Below are positions 1-7,800 of a stretch of DNA of 64,000 nt, piece after piece. The notes beneath the pieces are model-generated. The model did not search any database. It saw nothing but the letters and a program-made list of their open reading frames with translations, and was not told where the DNA came from. Within the stretch, counting starts at the first letter, position 1. Each line of letters opens with the position of its first letter. This DNA is from Burkholderiales bacterium (lineage in GTDB: Bacteria > Pseudomonadota > Gammaproteobacteria > Burkholderiales > CAIKXV01): positions 5,794 to 69,793 of the forward strand of contig JBBRCD010000003.1 of assembly GCA_038205245.1 (NCBI GenBank), given 5' to 3'. The position numbers and the translations under genes were made by a program.

Positions 1-1839
1 CAGGATACGACCCTGGAAATAGTTCATCTCGTAATCCTGTGCCGGCACCAGCTGGCGCCGCCCGATCACGATGCCGCTGTCGCGGTCGCGCACTTCCAGA
101 ACCAGCCGCTCCGAGCCGATCGTGATGTCCTGGTTGCGCAGGAAGTAGAGCGATCCGCCGGTACCCCGGAACTCTTCGCGCGACTGCACCGTGCCCGGCT
201 CGGCGGCAAAGCCGTCGATCGTGGTCCGCTTCTCGCCGAGCGCAGTGGTATCCGGGCTGTTGTAGAGCGCACGTGCGCCGTACAGCCCGCGATTGAATGC
301 GGTGAATTCGGTGCCGGTCATGCGGGTGAGAAAACTGCCCCACATCACATGCGAGTCCGCTCGCTCCAGCTTGACGAAGAACTTGCCCTGGGTCGGCGCA
401 TCGTCGATGGTGGTCGAGTCATCGCCATAGGTCGGATAGAACAGGTTCGCATCCAGCCGGCGCAGCAGGAAACGCGGATCCCGGCTGGAGAAGTTCGTGA
501 ACAGGTCGCGCAGCGGCTGCTCCCGCGTGTCGGCACTGGCGGTAAGCAGCGCGTCACCGAATACCCGCCCCTTGGCATAGAAGGCGAGCCGGCCATCGAT
601 GTAACTGGAGCGTGAGCCGTTGCTGCTGCCAGTCACCAGATCGGACGGGCCGGAAGTGTTGTTCATGCCCGCGGTGATATCGGCGATCGCCACATGGAAC
701 CAGTCGCGCGTCGGGATCGCGAGGTTGCGGGCGAAACTGAAGCCCTGGCCGGTGCGGTCCTGCACCGTCACCTCGACCGAATGCGCGCCGGTGGGCAGGA
801 TCTGCTGCATCGCGAAGCGGCCGTTGGCATCCACCGGCACCGAGATACCCATCGTGCTGACCGAGTCCCCCTGCGCCAGATTGCGCCCATTGATGGTCAC
901 CACACCGCCAGTGACCGGAATGTTGGACAGGTTAAGGTTGTTCTGGCCCCAGCCGGTCATGCGCTCGCGTGCGGCGCGCTGCTCGTCGCCGAGCGGGCGG
1001 GCGATGTCGGTGACGAACAGGCTCTTCGGCGCCGTCTCGTCGAAGCGGCCGCGCCGGTCGTAGACCCGCAGCACATAGCGAAGTTCGGTGCCGACCGGCG
1101 CATCCGGCCGCCAGTCGACAAAGCCGTTCGGCGGCACCACGATGATCGCAGCCGGAGTTTGCTGGATTGATTGACCCGGACTGAACACCCGTATCTCGGA
1201 GCGCATCAGCCAGAACTGATAGTTGCTGAAGGTGCCGAAGGTGACTGGCGCGCCACGCACCACGGTAGATGGCGCGGCCCATACGTTGAGGGCCGGGCGC
1301 GCCGCCAGCGAGTCGTACTGGATCTGTACGTCCACTGCGGCCAGCCGGCGGTCGACCCGGCGCTGGGCATCGGCCCCGCTGTCGCCGCGCGCCGACGGCG
1401 GCACCGATTGATCGACGACCTCCCCGTCCACCGTGATCCTGAACGGCACTGGTACCCGGGGCGACGGTGACGGCACGCTGCTGGCTGGCAACGCGTCGTT
1501 ACTGCTCGCCTCGGTGTTCGGCGGCACACCGCGCACGATCACCCGCGAGCGATCGGCCATGCTGCCACGTTCATCTTCGCGGCAGGCGCGCGCCACTCGC
1601 CCATCGGCGGTGACCTCATGACAGAGTTCGCAGCGAAGCGCGCTGTCGTCGATGGCGCATGCGGGTCCCTGCGCCGGTCCCTGCGCCGGTCCCTGCCCCT
1701 GAGCGAAGGCCCCGGGCAGATGGGCCAGGGCGAGCGCGACAGCAGCCGCGATCATCGAGTGGCGAGGGCCGCGCTCAGTGCTCGCAGGTCGCCCACTGCG
1801 ACCGCGGCTGTCGAACCGGAAGCGGGCCGAACGCATCAT
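1..1839 (-). CDS. Probable outer-membrane (beta-rich) partner of the DUF11 protein; partial, runs off the left edge
   Basis: Not in the ORF track because its stop lies outside the window. Manual translation from ATG 1839, which overlaps the upstream TGA as ATGA: signal-like segment MIAAAVALALAHLPGAFA-Q, then FRITVDGE, VDVQIQYDSL, YVLRVYD..GRFDET, DGRLAFYAKG, YPTYGDDST, GTGGSLYFLRNQDITIGSER, DYEMNYFQGRIL. I recognise these motifs from uncharacterised proteins that follow large DUF11 genes. Confidence 0.8.
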   Translation of the reverse strand, partial: MMRSARFRFDSRGRSGRPASTERGPRHSMIAAAVALALAHLPGAFAQGQGPAQGPAQGPACAIDDSALRCELCHEVTADGRVARACREDERGSMADRSRVIVRGVPPNTEASSNDALPASSVPSPSPRVPVPFRITVDGEVVDQSVPPSARGDSGADAQRRVDRRLAAVDVQIQYDSLAARPALNVWAAPSTVVRGAPVTFGTFSNYQFWLMRSEIRVFSPGQSIQQTPAAIIVVPPNGFVDWRPDAPVGTELRYVLRVYDRRGRFDETAPKSLFVTDIARPLGDEQRAARERMTGWGQNNLNLSNIPVTGGVVTINGRNLAQGDSVSTMGISVPVDANGRFAMQQILPTGAHSVEVTVQDRTGQGFSFARNLAIPTRDWFHVAIADITAGMNNTSGPSDLVTGSSNGSRSSYIDGRLAFYAKGRVFGDALLTASADTREQPLRDLFTNFSSRDPRFLLRRLDANLFYPTYGDDSTTIDDAPTQGKFFVKLERADSHVMWGSFLTRMTGTEFTAFNRGLYGARALYNSPDTTALGEKRTTIDGFAAEPGTVQSREEFRGTGGSLYFLRNQDITIGSERLVLEVRDRDSGIVIGRRQLVPAQDYEMNYFQGRIL

Positions 1840-4800
1840 CGGCCACCCCCCGCAATTTCTTCCTCGACCGTCAGCGCATAACAGCAGTTCTGCTTCGACC
1901 AGAGCTTGCGCATCAGATCGCTAAGCGCACGCACCCGGCGCTTGGCCCGGTCGCCATCGCCGGCGAGTGCAGGCGTGATCTGATAGGCGATACGCACCAC
2001 CGAGGTCTGGTCGCGGATGCGCGCCGGCAGCTCGTCGAACTTTGCCTGCCATTCCGACAGCAGGCGCTCGGTGCCGGCCTCGAACGCCTGCGCCGAGACC
2101 TCGACCCGCACCACACGCAACATCGCCGCGCCGAAATTCAGCTGAGCCATCCGGCCGCGCGTCATGCGCACCAGGCCCGGATTCTCGGTGGTCATGCGAA
2201 AGCCCGAGGGCAGCGTGCGCTCGTCGATCTTCAGAACGAAGTTCGCACCCCGCTCCTCGTTCGGCACATCGGCGCAGACGATGTGGTAACGGCCCTCGGC
2301 ATCGGTGGTCACCAACAGCCCGCGCGCGGTCGCGAGGCGCACATTCGGCAGGCCGGGCTCATCGGCGTCCTGGATGCCGTTGGCGTTGCGGTCGTTCCAC
2401 ACCTTGCCGATCAGGTCGGAACAGTCGAAGGTCGGATCGGGCACGATGCGCACCGCGGCGGTGGCGACGTTGGACGCCGCCGAGCCGGTCGTACCATTGA
2501 TCGCGACCACCTGGTTTACATACTCGCCCTCCTGCACGCCGGAACCGATCACCAGCACCATGCGGAAGATCCTGCGCTGCGCGGGCCCGAAACTCTGGTT
2601 GGGCCAGGTGAGCACGCGTCCGTTCACCTGCGGCTCGAGCGGCACCCCATCCAGGGTGGCCGAGCCGAGCCGGTAGCGGAACCCTGGCGGGATGGTGTCG
2701 ACCACGTTGATGCCGGACAGCGGCGCAGACAGCATGCTGGTGGCAGTGATCGTATAAGGCACCAGATCGCCGCGCGACACGTTGATCCTGGGCGTGGTCT
2801 TCACGATCACGATCGCCCCGCCCAACACCGGGTCGATCGGGATGTGGTTGTGGATCACGTTCGCGTTGCCCAGCCCGGTGAAGTTGAACCGGACGTAATA
2901 AGTGGTCGGCGCACCTGCGGCCGGGGGCCCGAAGTTGGCCTGGACCAGGAACGGATCGGGCGGCGTGTTCGGCACCTGCAGGCAGTTGGCGGCAATGCAG
3001 CCAGCGCTCGACGGTGAGGGCGGCAGAAGTGTCGACGGGGCGCCGGGCAGCCCGGTAAGGAAGCCGGGCGGCGTGGAAAAGCGCAGCGTATACACCCCGA
3101 ATGGCGCGCCACCGGCGAAGTTCACATCGAAGCGGTACATGCCGGCAGTGACACCGCTGTTGGCTGTCGTCTGCCCCTGCTGCCCAGGCAGCAGATGCGT
3201 CGCCGGATCGAACCCGGGCGGCCCGTCCAGGAACACCGGCACGCCACCGACCGGTTGCCGCGTGACCGCGTTGTAGATCACGCCGCTCGGATCGAGCGGC
3301 AGGTTCTGGTTGACCACGTTCGCGCCTGGCGCAAGCGTGAGGTTGCGGATCGTGCCATCGGCCAGACTGACACCCGCTTCTGTCGACTGCGCGCGGCCGA
3401 AGACCACGCCGGTGGCCGGATTGCGGAAGCGTATCTGGTAGCCGCTGCCCGGCGTCACCCCACGGAACACATAGTTGCCGGAACTGTCCGTCTGGGTGGT
3501 CGACAGCAGCGCGCCGTTGCGCAGCAGCTCCGCGATCCAGCCCGGCTGTGCCTGGTCCGGGCTGTCGAACACCCGGTTGCTGTTCAGATCGAGATAGACC
3601 AGCCCGGCCACGGTCGAACTGCCGGGCGCACCACCGATCACCACCCGGGTCGGATCGTCATCGTTCGGATTGGCGCCGTCGTTGCCGGTCTCGATGCCAT
3701 CGTCCAGGTCCGAGTCGGAACGCCCGCGCGCCGGCCCATCGCCAGCGCCCGCACCATCGGCCACGAAGAACGACTGGTTGTCGATCACCGTGCCGGTGGG
3801 TGCGGCCGGATTGATCGTCACCCGGAACCGGATCACATGGACCTGGCCGGGCAACAGCGAACCGATGCCCAGACCGCCGACCAGCGCAGACGCCCCGCCG
3901 GCATCGGCCACCGCGACCCCGTTGCTGTTGGTCGAGTTGGGCAGATACACCGTGTTCGCCGGCGGCAGCGCATCGGTGATCACCACGTTGGTGGCCGCGA
4001 CGCTGCCCAGGTTGCGGGTAACGATGACGTACTCCAGCACATCGCCCTGCTGCACCGAGCCGCCATTGAGATCGAGCACGCTCTTGGTCTGGCGCAGCAA
4101 CGGGCTGTTGCCGACCACGATGTCGGTGGGCTGGCTGCCGTTCGAAGGGTCGCCGTCACCGTCCGAACGTATCGGCGGCAACTGGTCCGAGGTGATCACG
4201 GCCTGGTTGGAGACGATCGGTCCGGCAGTCACCGTCACCCGGAACCGCAGCCGTACGCTCTGCCCGGCGGCCAGGCTGCCGACGTTGATGCTGACCGTGT
4301 TGCCGGCGGTCACCCCGAAGTCACCTGCGTCTGCGTCGGCGGCGTCGGTCAGCGTGCCCTCGGATCCGCCGACCGGGGTATAGCGCAGGCTGCCGGGAAG
4401 ATAGGTGGCGTTGACCGGAATCGGATCGGCAAGGCGCACATTGGTGGTCGACGCGCTGCCGCGATTGGTCAGCACGATGGTGTAAGTGAGGGTTTCGCCC
4501 ACCAGCAGGATGCCGCCGTTGTCGTCGACGACGGTCTTCTCACTTTCCAGCACCGGTGCGCCACCGACGAAGATGCGGGTCGGATCCGGCGCGGGCGGGG
4601 TGGTCGGGTCGTCGGACAACTGCGACACCGGCAGGCCACTGCCCTGCCCCTGACCGGACAGCGAGGCCTGATTCGAGATCGCGGTGCCCGGCACCACGTT
4701 CGCATTGACCCGAGTGCGGAAGGTGACCAGGGCGGGTGCGCCGCCGACGGTGAGTACGCCGCTGGGCTGGCCTGGCGTGTTGATTGCCAGGCCACCGGCG

Positions 4801-7800
4801 GCGAGCGGCGAGGTGCCGCCGACATCGGCCACCGCAGCGCCGTTCAGCGTCGTGGTCCCGGGCACATAGGTGGTGTTGGTCGGAATCGAATCGATCAGGC
4901 GCGAATTGATGATCGTCTCGCCGCTCGGGTTGCCGATCGCTATGGTCCAGGTGACCGTCTCGTTGGGCAGCAGCGTGTTGCCGTTGTCATCGACCACGGT
5001 CTTGGCCACCGACACGGTCTGGATCTGGGTCAGCACGGTGGAGCTGTTGTTGCCCGCACCAACGCGCCCGGGATCGTCCGGATCGGCCACCCCGACCGGG
5101 GTCACCACCTGCGCGCGGTTGCTGAGCACGCCGGATGCCGGAGCATTGCCGGTGATGGTGAAGGTGACCGCACCCCCGGCGGGAAGGGTGGCGATCGTAC
5201 TGGTGACGTTCTGGCCAGCCACACCGACCGCGCCGCATACCGCGCCGCCGAGCTCACCACCACAGAGCGCGCTGGTGATCACTACCCCGGTCGGCACCGG
5301 ATCGCTGAACAGCGCGCCGTTGGCCGCACTCGGGCCGAGGTTGGTGATCACGATCGAGTAGACCAGGGCGCCGCCGGGAGACACGGTCGCCGGCCCGGCC
5401 TTCACCGCCCGCAGGTTCGCCACCGGCGTCGGCGTGACCGTGGCAGTCGCCTCATCGTTCTCCAGCGGTCGGGACGGCGAGAAGTTGTTCGGTGTCGAGT
5501 TCGGGTCGAACTGGTCGCTCGCGGTGACCTGCGCCACGTTCAGATACGAGCCGGACGGGTTGACCCGCGCCACCAGCGACAGCGTGGCCGAATTGCCTGC
5601 CAGCAGTGTGCCCACCGTCCATACGCCAGTGGCCGGGTTGAATCCTCCCTGGCCGGGTGCCGCAGACACAAAGGTGTAGCCAGCGGGCAGCTGATCGCCG
5701 ACCCGGACACCGGACGCCCCATCCGGTCCGTTGTTGGTGACGACGATGGTGAAGGTGACGTTGCTGCCCACCGGCGGGGTCGCGTTGCTCACCACCTTGG
5801 TCAGGGACAGGTCGGCCACGCCCTGCGGTACGGTGACCTGCGCGGTGTTGTTGGACAGGTTCGGATCGAATTCGGTCGCCGATACGGTGCCAACGTTGGT
5901 GATCGTCGGTGGCGCGCCCGCCCGGCTGACCGAAATCACCAGCGTCGCCGATGCACCGTTGGCGACGGTGCCGACTGTCCACTGCCCGCTGGCCGGGTTG
6001 TACGAGCCCTGAGTGGCCGAGACCACCGCGTTGAAGGTGAGGCCAGCCGGCAGCGGATCGTTGACCAGCACCCCGGTCGCGGTATTCGGCCCGGCATTGG
6101 TGACGGTCAACGTGTAGTTGTACGGCACTCCGGGCAGCGGGTTCGGATTGCTCGATGCCTTGGCCATCGCCAGATCAGCAGCTGCACGCACCGGGGTGAT
6201 CGCGGTCGCAGACGGGGTGTTGACCGCGCCGCCACCCGAGGCCTGCGCGGTGTTGATCACCTGAGGCACTGCCGCGGCAGTGACGTTCACGGTGAGCGTG
6301 ATCGCATTGCCACTGCCACCGGCCGCGATCACGGTGCTGCTGCTGCAGGTGACTGCCTGGCCGACCGCGCCGCACGCCCATCCGCTGCCGGTTGCCGACA
6401 CGAAGGTGAGGCCTGCGGGCAGGGTATCGGTGACACTCAGCGTACCCACGGTGGCAAAGCCGCCGCTGTTGCTGACCGTGATCGTATAGGTCGCCTGGGC
6501 GCCGGCAGTGAACTCGGCGCTGCCGGCGACCTTGGCGATGGCGAGCGTGGTCGGCGTCAGCACCGTCAGCGGCGCAGAAAAGCCAGCCTGCGAATTTGCC
6601 AGTGGCTCGTCGCTGCTGGTGATGCCACCGGCCGGCACCGTGTTGGTGTAGGTTCCCGCCAGCGGTGCGGTGACGTTGACCCGCACGATGCACGACCCGC
6701 TGGCCGGGATCGTTGCCCCGGACAGGGTGAAGCTGGCCGCGCCAGCCAGCGCAGTCACGCTGCCCCCGGCGCAGGTGGTCGTTGCCGCCGGCAGCGCAGC
6801 CACGACCATCTGCGCCGGCAATGCCGGCAGGTTGTCGGTGACGCTGGTCCCGGTGACCGCGAAGCCGTTGACGTTGTTGAGGGTCAGCGTGAGCTGCGAC
6901 ACCCCGCCGGCGGGTGTCGGATTCGGATTGAACACCTTTACGCCAGTCATCGGCCGAACCACGACCGTTGGCGCGGTGGCGCTGTTGTTGCCCGGCGTCG
7001 GATCCGGGTTGAAGCCGCTGGTCACAGCGGCGGTGTTGATCACGTTCTGGGCAGCGGCGGCAGTCGCGGTGGCCACGATGGTGAGGGTGACCAGGTTGGT
7101 CCCGACCGGCAGCTCGTTGCCGGCGGTCGAAGGAATCACGCAGCTGACCACCTGCCCTGCCGCAGTACAGACCCCGTTGCCGGTGACACCGACGAACGTG
7201 CCCGAGACAAAGGTGAATCCGGCCGGCAACGTGTCGGTGACGGTGACCGAGCGCGCCGCGCCCGGGCCGGCGTTGGACACCTGCAGCGTGTAGGTGGCGT
7301 TTCCACCGACTGCGACCCGCGGCGCGCCAGTCTTGGTGATCGACAGGTCGGCACCCACCCTCGAGGTGGCATCGCGCGACACGCTGTTGTTGGCGGTGTT
7401 CGGGTCGGGAGTATTCGAGCTCGCAGTGGCGGTGTTGGTCTCGGTACCGAGGCCATTGGCAAGCAGCCGATAGGTGACCGTCGCGATCTGTCCGACCTGC
7501 AGGTCGCCGAAGTCGCAGGTCACACTGTTCGGCCCGGGATTGAATGTGCAGGTGCCGGCGGTGGTCGAGAGCGAACCGACGACGAAGGTGAACACGCCAG
7601 CGGCCGGTGGCAGTGCATCGAGTACCGCGCCGTTGCTGGCGCGCGAGGGGCCGTTGTTGGTCACCCGCACGGTGAAGGTGGTTTGCTGCCCCTGTGCCAC
7701 CGGGTCCGGACTGACCGTCTTGTTCACCACCAGGTCGGCGCTTCCCGGCGTGATCGTGTTGTCGACAGTCGCCGTGTTGTTGCTCGCGTCCGGGTCGGTC

